Assembly: GCA_965235115.1 (NCBI GenBank)
Contig: OZ249445.1
Location: forward strand, 19,406,001 to 19,470,000
Direction: 5' to 3'
Source: Laetmonice hystrix
Taxonomy: Eukaryota
Length of the DNA stretch: 64,000 nt
The notes under the pieces were generated by a model. It worked only from the letters and a program-made list of their open reading frames with translations, ran no database searches and was not told the origin of the DNA. Below, piece after piece: positions 40,228 through 53,351 of the stretch (position 1 is the first letter of the stretch; each line of letters opens with the position of its first letter). The position numbers and the translations under genes are program-made.

Positions 40228-42320
40228 ACAGAGCGGGACACTGTCCTCCAAACATTCCGACCTTCAGGGCTCAAACCACCGCCACCTACACCATCCTCAA
40301 TACAGAGCGGGACACTGTCCTCCAACCAAACATTCCGACCTTCAGGGCCCAAACCACCGCCACCTACACCATCCTCAATACAGAGCGGGACACTGTCCTC
40401 CAACCAACATTCCGACCTTCAGGGCCCAAACCACCGCCACCTACACCATCCTCAATACAGAGCGGGACACTGTCCTCCAACCAAACATTCCGACCTTCAG
40501 GGCCCAAACCACCGCCACCTACACCATCCTCAATACAGAGCGGGACACTGTCCTCCAACCAAACATTCCGACCTTCAGGGCCCAAACCACCGCCACCTAC
40601 ACCATCCTCAATACAGAGCGGGACACTGTCCTCCAACCAAACATTCCGACCTTCACGGCCCAAACCACCGCCACCTACACCATCCTCAATACAGAGCGGG
40701 ACACTGTCCTCCAACCAAACATTCCGACCTTCAGGGCCCAAACCACCGCCACCTACACCATCCTCAATACAGAGCGGGACACTGTTCTCCAACCAAACAT
40801 TCCGACCTTCACGGCCCAAACCACCGCCACCTACACCATCCTCAATACAGAGCGGGACACTGTCCTCCAACCAAACATTCCGACCTTCACGGCCCAAACC
40901 ACCGCCACCTACACCATCCTCAATACAGAGCGGGACACTGTTCTCCAACCAAACATTCCGACCTTCACGGCCCAAACCACCGCCACCTACACCATCCTCA
41001 ATACAGAGCGGGACACTGTTCTCCAACCAAACATTCCGACCTTCAGGGCCCAAACCACCGCCACCTACACCATCCTCAATACAGAGCGGGACACTGTTCT
41101 CCAACCAAACATTCCGACCTTCAGGGCCCAAACCACCGCCACCTACACCATCCTCAATACAGAGCGGGACACTGTCCTCCAACCAAACATTCCGACCTTC
41201 AGGGCCCAAACCACCGCCACCTACACCATCCTCAATACAGAGCGGGACACTGTCCTCCAACCAAACATTCCGACCTTCAGGGCCCAAACCACCGCCACCT
41301 ACACCATCCTCAATACAGAGCGGGACACTGTCCTCCAACCAAACATTCCGACCTTCACGGCCCAAACCACCGCCACCTACACCATCCTCAATACAGAGCG
41401 GGACACTGTCCTCCAACCAAACATTCCGACCTTCACGGCCCAAACCACCGCCACCTACACCATCCTCAATACAGAGCGGGACACTGTCCTCCAACCAAAC
41501 ATTCCGACCTTCACGGCCCAAACCACCGCCACCTACACCATCCTCAATACAGAGCGGGACACTGTCCTCCAACCAAACATTCCGACCTTCACGGCCCAAA
41601 CCACCTCACCTACACCATCCTCAATACAGAGCGGGACACTGTCCTCCAACCAAACATTCCGACCTTCACGGCCCAAACCACCGCCACCTACACCATCCTC
41701 AATACAGAGCGGGACACTGTCCTCCAACCAAACATTCCGACCTTCACGGCCCACACCACCGCCACCTACACCATCCTCAATACAGAGCGGGACACTGTCC
41801 TCCAACCAAACATTCCGACCTTCAGGGCCCAAACCACCGCCACCTACACCATCCTCAATACAGAGCGGGACACTGTCCTCCAACCAAACATTCCGACCTT
41901 CACGGCCCAAACCACCGCCACCTACACCATCCTCAATACAGAGCGGGACACTGTCCTCCAACCAAACATTCCGACCTTCACGGCCCAAACCACCGCCACC
42001 TACACCATCCTCAATACAGAGCGGGACACTGTCCTCCAAACATTCCGACCTTCACGGCCCAAACCACCGCCACCTACACCATCCTCAATACAGAGCGGGA
42101 CACTGTCCTCCAACCAAACATTCCGACCTTCAGGGCCCAAACCACCGCCACCTACACCATCCTCAATACAGAGCGGGACACTGTCCTCCAACCAAACATT
42201 CCGACCTTCACGGCCCAAACCACCGCCACCTACACCATCCTTAATACAGAGCGGGACACTGTCCTCCAACCAAACATTCCGACCTTCACGGCCCAAACCA
42301 CCGCCACCTACACCATCCTC
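40228..42320. repeat. Minisatellite, 78-bp unit acagagcgggacactgtcctccaaccaaacattccgaccttca(g/c)ggcccaaaccaccgccacctacaccatcctcaat, about 27 copies
   Basis: Period 78 = 26 codons. Source of the 778-, 709- and 411-aa ORFs. Units with -4 and -1 nt indels are present. Confidence 0.98.
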
Positions 42321-42752
42321 TACAATGTCTCTCTGTGTAATTGACCTGGGATAAATCGTGGCTGTGTTTGAGACGAAGATAAATACTTGGATATCTATTG
42401 TGCCTAGAGTAGTAATACTCATTCTATGCTAACTGCAGCACACTCACTCCGCATAACCAACTGTATCTAAATAAGGATGGTATTGGTATCTGTTGGTATC
42501 AAGGCAGAATCTCAATCTGATTACCTTCAAATAGTTACGAGAACTACGGTACTCAGATCGACACTACAAGTCTGGTAGTTATGTCCAACGTGGAAGTTTT
42601 AAAGTAGTAACGTTACGAGATGGCCAGGGGTGAGAATATAATCACCATGGCAAGTCCGATGGCCTTTTAGAAGGGGCAGACAGAGCAGAGAAAATACCCA
42701 TCCACTATTGGAGGTACGGGTCAGAGACGACCCAACCACAGACCCCTGTCCT

Positions 42753-42781
42753 CAGCCAGCCAGCCAGCCAGCCAGCCAGCC
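42753..42781. repeat. (CAGC)n microsatellite
   Basis: ctcagccagccagccagccagccagccagccc. Confidence 0.9.
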
Positions 42782-43126
42782 CGCTCCTGTTGATGGCGCC
42801 ACAAAATGTGGCCAAAACTGATCCCAGACACACTTCATACCCACATCTCAATTCACCAACTGCTAACTTTATTTTACACTTTGCACCTTTATGATTAGAG
42901 TCTATTATACCGGACATTTTATTGCTGTCAGATTGCGACCAGTTTCTTCCTCCTCAAGTTGTTACCAGCGAGTTACCGTCACAGAGTAGGTCAGGAGCCC
43001 TCAAGTCTATCATAATCTGATGTCGGGCTATATGAATTCACGTGCTGTTCTTCATAGGCTCGGAATGTAGGGGTGGGGTGGGGATGGGGTCAGTACATTA
43101 GATGAGAAACATGGTTTAACACTTAC

Positions 43127-43216
43127 TGGGACGGACAAGTGGACCAACTGCCAAGTTTGATAAAGTGTCCGAGATCCAGTGGTCAGGCACCCCATGCGGT
43201 ATGCCGAGTGGGGCTC
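43127..43216 (-). CDS. Candidate 90-nt exon (G)APLGIPHGVPDHWISDTLSNLAVGPLVRP
   Basis: Donor CCA|GTAAGT, acceptor ggttgcag|. Length divisible by 3; open in phases 1-1 and 0-0. Pyrimidine tract is weak. Confidence 0.25.
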
Positions 43217-44769
43217 CTGCAACCATTTAGGGGGTTGTGACCTGAGGGGGGGGGGCTCCCACGCCCACCTCATGCACATTTAAAAAAGGAAATCCCCCAC
43301 TATTCTCAACAAGAGCTGTGATTTAATAAATAACGAGGGATTAGGCAATTCTTAACAGTCCTTGGTCCTTGGCTGAAATTGTCAAGTTAAAATCGTACTA
43401 GTAGGTCCGACAGGAGCTTCCTATTCATCCTCCAAGCTATATGCTGAAAATTCTATTTGCGGAATGCAAAATACTACGCAATTTCGGAAAATAGAAGCGA
43501 AAATAGCCACACTAAAGTCACCAAATTTCGTAAGACCATTATCCTTAGAAAGCATTTTAATCCATTAAACGTTTTACAGCTTTACCTTTCAAAGTCTTCA
43601 AAATAACTTCTTCTTGTTGAGTTATGATTGTAGCTAGCATAACAAGCTCGATATTTCCAATAGTACGACACCTTAAATAACTACATATCATTGAAAACAG
43701 AGACACCGCCGATCAATAATGGGAAGTAAACCGAAACAATCGGATAAACTCCGCAATCAATGTGCAGCTACCTTTAACTACATTTGAGCTGCACAGCAAA
43801 TTTTAACAAATGAAAGTTTTTAAACCTGGCCCATCTGTCACAGAAACCGTTGACACCGCCGTGGGGCATATTCTATAGAATGTCTCAGTATTCCTTCTCA
43901 GGCTCTATGACCACAGTTGGCAATGTAATTTATCTTGCACGAGTCAAAGGGCACGATCTTCAAATGGCACGACAAAAACAACGACAAAAAATACTGCTAG
44001 CAAAACACGTTCACTTTTTGCAGTTTATCTTCTGTTTTTTTGTGACTTCTAGAGGAAAGAAAACAAATATTTTCTTCACATTTTCTTTTTGCGATAAACA
44101 ATGGTCTATAATTACTTCTTGAATGGATGATATGAGCCTGTGAACGTCTCCATTTTTTCTTTCGAGGCATTTCTATGGTGAGATTTATGAGTTTCTTTTT
44201 TGTTTGCTTTACGTTACTGCATAGCTTAGTAATTACTGATGAGGACTTATCAGAAGGATCTCTGTTATCTGTGGTAGAGCTGTATTTCCTTGTGTTCAGG
44301 TAAGCAATCTTTCCTCATCCTCGAATGATCAAGAGAGGTGCAGATTAGAATGTCTGAATATAATGACGATTTCCTCGTCCCAGCGACCTTTCCACACCCA
44401 AACACAGCACTAACCATTTCCTCAATGCATATGTTTACATTACAGGATTAAAACTACTAAATCCCTGAAATAAACTTGGGTAGATCAACTGGAAGACGTC
44501 ACACCTGAATAAAATAAACCCTTGCGACAATGACCTGACCAGGGGTAACTCACATAGCACCTCTCCTTGCACACTGACGGCCAAACCATTCTGGATCCCC
44601 ATGGCCTGATGGCCAAGAAGATGGTCTTAGTCCGGACCCTGGCACACTTCAAGGCTGTGAAGAACATTCAGAGCATATCTTGCTAATTACAGAAGAGCCA
44701 CAACCTGGAAAACAGTTTGTGTTCAGAGAGAGTCCTTGCCGGGGTGATATTTAGCTTCTGTCCTTTCTG

Positions 44770-45320
44770 ACCACCTGGTAAACCGGGGTAGTGTTTAGTT
44801 ACCACCTGGTAAACCGGGGTTGTGTTTATTTACCGTCTGCAGCCGGGGTTGTGTTTAGTTACCGCCTAGTAAACCGGGATTGTGTTTAGTTACCGCCTGG
44901 TAAACCGGGGTTGTGTTTATTTACCGCCTGGTAAACCGGGGTTGTGTTTAGTTACCGCCTGGTAAACCGGGGTTGTGTTTAGTTACCACCTGGTAAACCG
45001 GGGTTGTGTTTAGTTACCACCTGGTAAACCGGGGTTGTGTTTAGTTACCACCTGGTAAACCGGGGTTGTGTTTAGTTACCACCTGGTAAACCGGGGTTGT
45101 GTTTAGTTACCACCTGGTAAACCGGGGTTGTGTTTAGTTACCGCCTGGTAAACCGGGGTTGTGTTTAGTTACCACCTGGTAAACCGGGGTTGTGTTTAGT
45201 TACCACCTGGTAAACCGGGGTTGTGTTTAGTTACCACCTGGTAAACCGGGGTTGTGTTTAGTTACCGCCTGGTAAACCGGGGTTGTGTTTATTTACCGCC
45301 TGATAAACTGGAGTTGTGTT
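44770..45320. repeat. Minisatellite, 31-bp unit gttacc(a/g)cctggtaaaccggggttgtgttta, about 17 copies
   Basis: Period 31 (44951 to 44982). No unique spacers. Confidence 0.97.
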
Positions 45321-45564
45321 CAGCTGGTTTCCTCGGTTACGACCTGGCATACCGGATTGCTTCCAGATGCAGTTCTTTTTCTGGTACACAAAAGTTGTCT
45401 TCTTGATTTTAGCCGGAACTTTTTGAACTTTCCATACTTGAAGATACCCCTATTGGACTTTAAAGGGTGCAGATCAACAATCGGACACTGTATATCTACT
45501 GGCCGTTTTCTCTGACCCTAAGTTCATAACTCACTTAAAACGATGTTCTCCCTCCCAAACACAG

Positions 45565-45803
45565 ACCCGAGTCCCTATGATGAGATCCCGTTCCTCAGAT
45601 GTCGCAGACTGAAGAGTTCGCTTGAGTTCACCCCGAGCCCTGTCTACATGCCCCTAACTGACAAGTCGACCAAAAACTGTCGTGTTCATCGTTGGCGATC
45701 TCTCAGACCTCCCAGCCTGTGTCCCAGTCACGCTCGCTCGGCCGTTTCCGTTAGAACTACAAGCAATGTATCACAGTGTCACAGGTCTCCTATAGCTTTC
45801 TAA
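45565..45803 (+). CDS. Candidate plus-strand terminal exon (D)PSPYDEIPFLRCRRLKSSLEFTPSPVYMPLTDKS...SPIAF*
   Basis: Acceptor gttctccctcccaaacacag|, G/C third-position bias in the first half, AATAAA at 46039. No family recognised. Confidence 0.25.
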
Positions 45804-48800
45804 GCATACAATCTTTTTTTTTCTCCCAGTGTGATACTTTGAGGAGGTATTGTTGTCTGAACTGATGTTCCTCCCCAAACGGGCCTCGTTTCTGTGGAGT
45901 TTGGGGGCGGCAATGTGACGGACATCTTCGTCAGTGTCAGCGTGATGAATGGAAGGCGGGAGTTCTCTAACCTGATCTCTACTGATAACAATCACCTGCA
46001 TATAACACTGTCTATCAAAAAGATACATGAGAACCACAAATAAAACTTGTTTGTACATAAAGCTACTTGCAAAAGAGTTATCGTCCACGGACAATACACC
46101 TTTTTGTGGCCAAACTGTGTCCCGAATGTTTGCATGGATTAGAAAAAAACACCCACTATTTACTTTTAAATCATGAAAAGTACAGTGCCTAGTTCAAGCT
46201 TATCTTGATTGTTACGCGGGACAATAACTTCAATAAGGTCTGGGCATTGTTAAAGTAGACGAAACTGGAAATGTGTTCTTTAACTTTCCGATCTTTGAGC
46301 TCCCGTGGGACGCGATGACGAGATATCATATCGCAACGGATAAGCTCGTTTACAAAACAACAAACATAAAACACATGATAGACAATACATGCAAAACAAT
46401 TGCTTATATTCTATAGCGCCATGGAAAAACTACTTCCTTTAAACACAAAATGCATGTTGAACGTTAGTACGCCACACTACAAGTATACAACGGTACACGT
46501 CGGGATTCTGAATGTAAAATGTGAAGTAAGCAAGAAGAGACCACACAACTCGAACCTCTTGGTATCACTGACTCAAACAACTCCAAACAATTTATCAACT
46601 AACTCCAGCATTTAACCTTCGTAATCAAAACGTCTTCTTGTAGTTAAAAACGAAAAAAATACATTCTCTTCAGAAATAGACAGAAAGCCAGTTTTCCATA
46701 TTTCATAAACCGAATGAAATCAATCAATCACGACCACGAAGGGACCCGTGATTCAAAAGAGAATTAAACAAATGCCAGACACTGTCTTTCCACTTCATTA
46801 TTTCATCCATTTCTTTACGACATGCCTGATCTTTCGAAAAAAAGGGTAAAAATAAAAACCTTAAAGGAAGGAAATCTGAACAGCTGGCGAGTGTATCCAA
46901 CTTTGTGTTGACCAAAGAAACACAGCAACCCCAGCGAACACAGTGGCGGTGACACTGTCAGTTATGTACAGAGTTACACTGCAGTTGACTTTAGAACTCG
47001 ATAGCTAGGCTACCAACTGTGGCACTACAAACGTTGGGTCGGGTAGCCAGTTAGGGCAGCCTCCGAATTCCCCCTGCAGGGAATCCCTTACCAAAATATC
47101 ACAAAGTACACCTCCCAAAGTTGGAATGCACACCTTGGCCTGACACCAAGGAACACCTCTACTCCCACAGTGTCTGCCCCGTGTTACGGACACTACCCTT
47201 CACGTCATGGCACTGTTTCTGAGTTTCAAATCAAAAACAGAACTCCAAAACAACCCTTGAAGGTTTTTACTTGAAAGCCATGAGATTGAACTATGCCGAA
47301 AGGATGCCACGGGGCACCTCGTCAAGTGGTAAACCCATTTTGTTTCCTTGCTGGACTCACACCATGTGTGACACCTGCAACCCGGTCCTTGCCAGCCGAA
47401 GTTCACCATTTGTTTGAGGTTAAAGAGGCGGGGTTGTCAAGTGCCCTCCCCCCTCCCGACTGAACCGAACATCTGCGTCCACTTGCCGGTCGTGAGGACC
47501 TCTTGTCGTACTCCTGCCTCGCCTTCCGTCCGTCCACAATATCCGTGGTTCCGGTGAACGGTACCGGTGGCGCCACCTGGGACGCAGCTTACTTGGGGAA
47601 TATCAAACAGGGCCCTGACTCCACCCTGAGATCATCATCAGGTGACCACCAGATCGCCTAGATCGTAACTACCCCTGGGAAACGTTACTAGTGTTGGCAC
47701 CACACCCTTCCACGTCAGCCCACCCACCAACTCCTCCCGTACTTGGCCACCGGCGAAATCTTCCCAACGGCAACTAAGGCGGGGAGCTCCTTGGCCTGGT
47801 CCGGACGGTCTTTGGCTTTTAAAGTAAGAAAGGGTTGGCTTCAGTCCTTTCAAGTTGGGGTTCTTAAGGTCAATCACAGAACATTTTTTTCATCCAAATG
47901 TTATTTGTAAAGAAAGAAGAAAGAAAATTAAAACAACGTTAAGGTAAATTTCTTCTTTTCGCTGGACATCGATCAAACATACATCTGCCGACTTGTAAGT
48001 CTACCTGTCACGTCCCGAACAAGGACCAATGTCCTTGATGACCTTATCTCAGACAGCTATCTGGAGGGTGACGGATCAGGAAAGTTTTCTCGTCGACACA
48101 AGTCATCCTCCTCACAATGCAGATAAGAATGTCCTTCCAATCTCAATCAATTACGCTTGGAATTAATTGAGATATAATTAACCAACCAAATTAAATTTTT
48201 CTGAGCATTACATTTCAAGCTGAGTTACTTGAGCTGCTCAAGGCTTTGTCCATCAACTGAAAAATTGAAGAGTCCCTTGAAGAAGTGAAACGACCTTACG
48301 CACCAAATTGAGCACATAAAAGGGATAGCGCTTTCAGACATTATTACTTGGAACTCAACACAAGTTGAAATGAAGACTCTTTCAAAAGCTGATAAACTAA
48401 GTGGCCCTTTGCATGTATTTGAAAGAAAAGAACTAAACCATAAGATCCTTAAAAAGTTGTAATGTGCCTCAGCCCTTTGAAACATTGCCTTATTTTATCA
48501 CCAAGGCATGTCATTGAGGATAACCTGGCAAGTGTGTCATGTGGTAATGTATCAGTGATTTATGTCAGCGGTCGTTTTTTTAGATTCAGGGGACGGAGTG
48601 GGTGAGTGGGTGTTTTTGGGGGTGTTGTTTCCACCAGGTTGTAAAACTGGCACTTTATATTGACAGTCCCCCGTAATAAAGTTGTCAAAGTGAAAACCTG
48701 CAGCAGTGCGTTCTGACCACACGCTGAGCACTGCCGTCTCTGGCCATCTTTTCTTGTTTATCGTGTTTTCTAACATTACTGTGAACTTTCTCACATTCCT

Positions 48801-51800
48801 TCGATGAATATCCTATACTGATTATTTTTTACCTTATTGATATGAGCTCTCATCAACCTTTTCACCACTGACTTACGCCAAACTCTAACACCCTAACCTG
48901 AATTAAACCACACCATAGACTGTATAGTATGGTGACGTAGAGCATCACTGGGAGCCGAATATACCAGACGGGTTGTTTGTAGGAGTGATTCCTACACAGA
49001 AACAGACACCTCTTATGATAATAGAGTTCCTATTGGAGAGACCAGACAAACATAATGCTACTTTGCTAATGGTATTCCGTCGGACTAAGTTATATGGTCG
49101 AACAGGACTGTAATAGGATTCAGCGAGGAGAATGGAGACACCAAATTCCTCTTTAATTGCATTTATCTCTCACAGAACGATGTGATGATGTTCTCCAGGA
49201 TACAAGCTATCTCCGCCTGTAGACTCCTCACCCTGGAGAACCTGATCCAGGCGGCCGCCCTCCGATCAGAGAGTCGGCACCCTTCCCCATCCCCATTCCC
49301 AGACCAGAGACAGGTGAGCCGACAGGTGAGAAGCAACGGCCTGGGGTTTCAGAACTTAAGTTCTTGCTTTTGTAAAAGCTAAAGCCATGCAGGCTCTCAT
49401 GACGAGCTACCCCCACCGGTCCTGATGGCAATCATATTTAACACCAGTGACAGACTCGACATATAATCACTTTGCCCTCCTTACGTTTACCTCCTCACTT
49501 TCTTCCATCAAACCCTCCAACCCCAAAACATGACATGATTTAAATAGCCAGTAGAAACAATTGTTGCCTATATCGTACTTGCACTCCCAAACAGCGAGTT
49601 CTCGAAGACTGTGATCACCGACCTTAACATTTCCCCCCTCAAAAACTTTCCTCCCGCACTTACTGATTCAGTGTCAGACCAGGTAGGAAAATTCATTTTC
49701 TTAATTATGTTCCTCTTTCCAACTTTTTCTTTTTTAATACCAATTTTTTTCAAAATACAAACTTGTGAAACACATAAAACCTAAACTATTTCACTGATGT
49801 TGTCCTAGGACTGTGAGTCTCTGTATGATCATACTGACATGTCCCAAGGTCCCAGGCTGTCGTCTGTCATGAACATTACCAGTAGAAGTAGCCCACTGAC
49901 AGGAACCAGCCGGTACAAGTCAGTGGGACGTGTCAAACTCACCACGCTTCCTTCAGTCGCAATAATATGAGAGCTAGCTCTGACTGGTAACTGTCCAAAT
50001 TACAACGGCTGAGGTATCTGAGCGTGCAATGATAAGGACGGCTTTGGATCTCGAGGAACACATGGGAATTCTCCATGTACATCAACAATGATCATTCTGA
50101 ATATTGATGTCACTTCTTCTTGAACATGCTAAAACATATTGTATATTTTCACCATCGTTAAATCATCCCTTATTTAAAGTTCCTTTGGTGTTATTTTTAC
50201 TTTAAAAAGTGAAATTTTGTTTGTGCCTGGTTATAATGATTTCAAGTAGCAGATATACTTGGACAATGATGGAAGTTTGATTACAGGTATGATATATGTA
50301 ACCTGTACGTCTGGCAGCTGTCCCATCGATTACTTCACGTATAGAGTGCTGCAGGATTCCATGATCCCCCACACACCATACACCACCCTTTAACGGCCAC
50401 AGCTGAGTCAGGCGAGCCGACATGCTTTGATAATTCAGTAGCACTGCTGGTTTCCAATGGCTGAACTGGCCGCCAAGGTCATACGGGTGCTTGGGCGGTG
50501 TTTATAGTAACAACCTGGACGGGTGGCTCACTCTATCCCACCGTTTCCGTCTCTGGCCTCAGGTTGCAAAGAGCTCCCCGCCACATCTCCCGACTCTGGG
50601 CCATACGATCCTGGCCATTCTCTCCTCAAACTGCGAACTCCAGCCATCCGAGTTCAGGCGAGCAGGCGTGGAATGTAAACATCGCCGGTTTCAATGTCAA
50701 TCTTCCAGCAGTCATTGTTACACGATCTCGAGGTGCTGCAATTTCTTTATTGTTTTCTCTCCTGCGGCCAACTGTGCAGTGTCACCCAAACTGGCGCTCT
50801 CTTCTCCAGTGTACCTACCCCCACCCTCACCCCCACCCCTACACTGTAATCCATAAAACAATGCCATAAGCACGCTGTGATGCTGAATTATCCTTCATGT
50901 TCCAACAAACCAGCCCGCTCATATTCTACATGGGTTCTCCTCATGCAATACGACGATTTCTACGCCTGTCCGTGCACAACATGATCTACTCATCTACTGG
51001 AATTCATTACCTGCAAACGATACAACAATTGCTCTTTACCAAGCCGACTGGAACAAGTACTTATTCAATAGATTATCAATAACTATGAATTCAATTGCAA
51101 ACATTTCTGAAGAAAACGTCTGCCCCATTCTCGCATTGCTATAAGCCAGCAAGATGTCGTCAAGGCGTTCGTTCAACTTGTGTTCGTTCGTTCTACAGGC
51201 GAGTAGCTCCGTACCCCCGTGGTAGTTTGAGTCAACTGACCCTAACCTACAGTCAAGGTCAAATTCAGACTACAATAATTAACTTCTTGGTTCAAACTGA
51301 AGGTTGACAATTGACTGCTGAGTTTTTAGAACCACATCCAACTGATGCAATTACGATTTATTAAATAGATTAATACACGGTATCTTTCTATTTCAATCAA
51401 TTCATACCGAATTAGGAATTAAATAGCCTGATATCAAATAAGCTAATGTTCTATCGTGGAAATCGATTTTACAAACCTAGAACTGCAGGAAAATGAAATA
51501 CTCTCCCCATTACCTTCTTTTGGGAAAGTCTTGGGTTGGCTGATGAATCTCCAGACCGTTTCCTTCTGATCTTATCTAACAGAGTCTGATTTGATCCCCG
51601 TGATTGCAGGGCGTATTCAAGTCTCAGATGCAATTAGTTGATTGCTACTAGAAAGTTCTATTTGTCATAACGGCACTTCGCTCTGTTATTTACGTGTGCG
51701 ATTTTTGTATTACATTTAAAGTAATATATTTAGCAGCATTGTGTAGCATTGAAATCTAAGGTTTCTGTTTCGACACAGGTTTAATTCATAACTTGGTGAT

Positions 51801-53036
51801 GATCTCTCTGATGTTTCCATCGACTCGATATCAGAGGACTTGGTAATAATCATGTAAGCCACCCTCCGTTTGACTACAATCCAAATTGACCAGATTCCTC
51901 TACCCCACATCACTACAGGAAACCTGACCGACCACAATTACACGTAAAAGAAACTAAGTATGATTGATGAAACTGATGAAAGGAGCGACTGCTATACGCC
52001 TCTGGCTCTCTACTTTATAAAATGACATTCATAAATCGATCCTCTGGCCCACTTTTCTTCACCCCCCCCCTCCCTCCCTGGAGCCACCACTTCACCACCG
52101 AGTGACTTGTAATAGTCATACGCCTCCAGAATTAAACTACCAGTCTTTCATCGGTCTTACACGGCTAACTGATACAAGAGCTGTGGTCGGCCGTCAGTGC
52201 CTGCTATCATCTCTCCAAGCGGCGGCGCTCTTTGTGCCAGAGATTGGCGTGATTACTGCGCCCTGTGACACCGTCCATCATACGTACATACATAGGCAGG
52301 CGGCCCTAGCCAAGCCTCATCACAACCGCTCCAAACCAGGTATTCCTACTCGCCAACCCCCTCCTCGCTGTATCCACTAATGAGCCACGGAGGGGAGCGA
52401 TTTATCGGACGACGACCAATTTATGGCCGACTTGGGTCTCCTCCCCTGGGACATGATCGTAGATTAAAGGGCCTTATCTCAGTGAGAATACTTCAAAATC
52501 TTCACGCGATAAATCAAGTGGCAAACGACACTTGGGGTGTCTGTCTATAGCTTCTTCCTCTATCAAATGTACAACTCCGTCTGTAGATCTCCCGGCATCA
52601 GTTCGACGGTGTATGCTGCCTCCAAAGGTTGACAATATTAGCACTGTCGGCAATATCCTACTGGACCAATCATCAAAATAACAAAATACAGTTTGCAGGA
52701 AGTAATAAGAGTAGAATAGGTTAGCTAACTGAACACGTCTGACCAAAGATATCGTCTCTCTGCTGTTGTCTGCGTCAGTCTGACATTATGATTCATAATA
52801 TAAACGTTGACCCACAGTGACCTACTGTCTGACTTGCTTTAAATGGTTACGACGTCTAAGCCGACATCAGTTACCAGAGCCATAGGTATTGGCATCATCC
52901 ATTTGGTAAAAATTAAACAAACTACAGTATAACATGTTGATGAGCGACATGTTTCTGAAAAAAACTGGGCCCTGGTCAGAATCTGTTCCTGTATTCAAAT
53001 GCCCGGTAATTGGAAAAGCTTCTCATTGGCTGGTCA

Positions 53037-53070
53037 GTTTTGAGCTATGGGATGTCTGATAGCTCAAAAC
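53037..53070. repeat. Perfect 12-bp inverted repeat with 10-nt loop (gttttgagctat...atagctcaaaac)
   Basis: Directly visible. Confidence 0.85.
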
Positions 53071-53124
53071 GTACCCGCTCTAGTAATGCCTTATCTTAAA
53101 AAACCATAGTGTCTGGGTCAGCAT

Positions 53125-53264
53125 GAGACGTCCTCATGACGTAAAAGACTTTGTTGTTTCCCTTTGTAGTTGTGACGCCCAGTCTTGTGACGTCCCCTCC
53201 CCTCCCCTAACCTCCCTCACGTGACGATGTCCTGCTGACGTCATGTGACCACTGCCGTACGTCA
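53125..53264. promoter_or_regulatory. Homotypic cluster of CRE/ATF-type sites (six TGACG/CGTCA, including full TGACGTCA at 53236-53243 and CACGTG at 53218-53223)
   Basis: Half-sites at 53137, 53173, 53188, 53222, 53236 and 53260. Confidence 0.55.
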
Positions 53265-53351
53265 CGGCTGACTGCCCCCCGACACTCACCTTCACATGAG
53301 GAGTGGGGTGGGGGTGGGGGTGGCGGGGTGTCTTACTGATGCCTCAACTCC

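Noticed and set aside
40018-42422. 778-, 709-, 411-, 168- and 140-aa ORFs as real genes
   Set aside because: They are entirely explained by the 78-bp tandem unit. Frameshifting -4/-1 units swap the peptides between frames, and there is no convincing splice or promoter context.
47440-47880. GC-rich patch with protein-like frames on both strands
   Set aside because: Open frames are expected at this GC content. There are no consistent splice sites or motifs.
50640-50740. Kelch-like NNDCWKIDIETGDV on the minus strand
   Set aside because: The frame closes a few codons later, and there is no GG or terminal W of a kelch repeat.
19041-51030. Further minus-strand AG|GT fusions at 19046/7, 21329/30, 35428 and 51010/1
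   Set aside because: Short pyrimidine tracts or non-consensus donors, comparable to the plus-strand background. Not counted as ratchet candidates.
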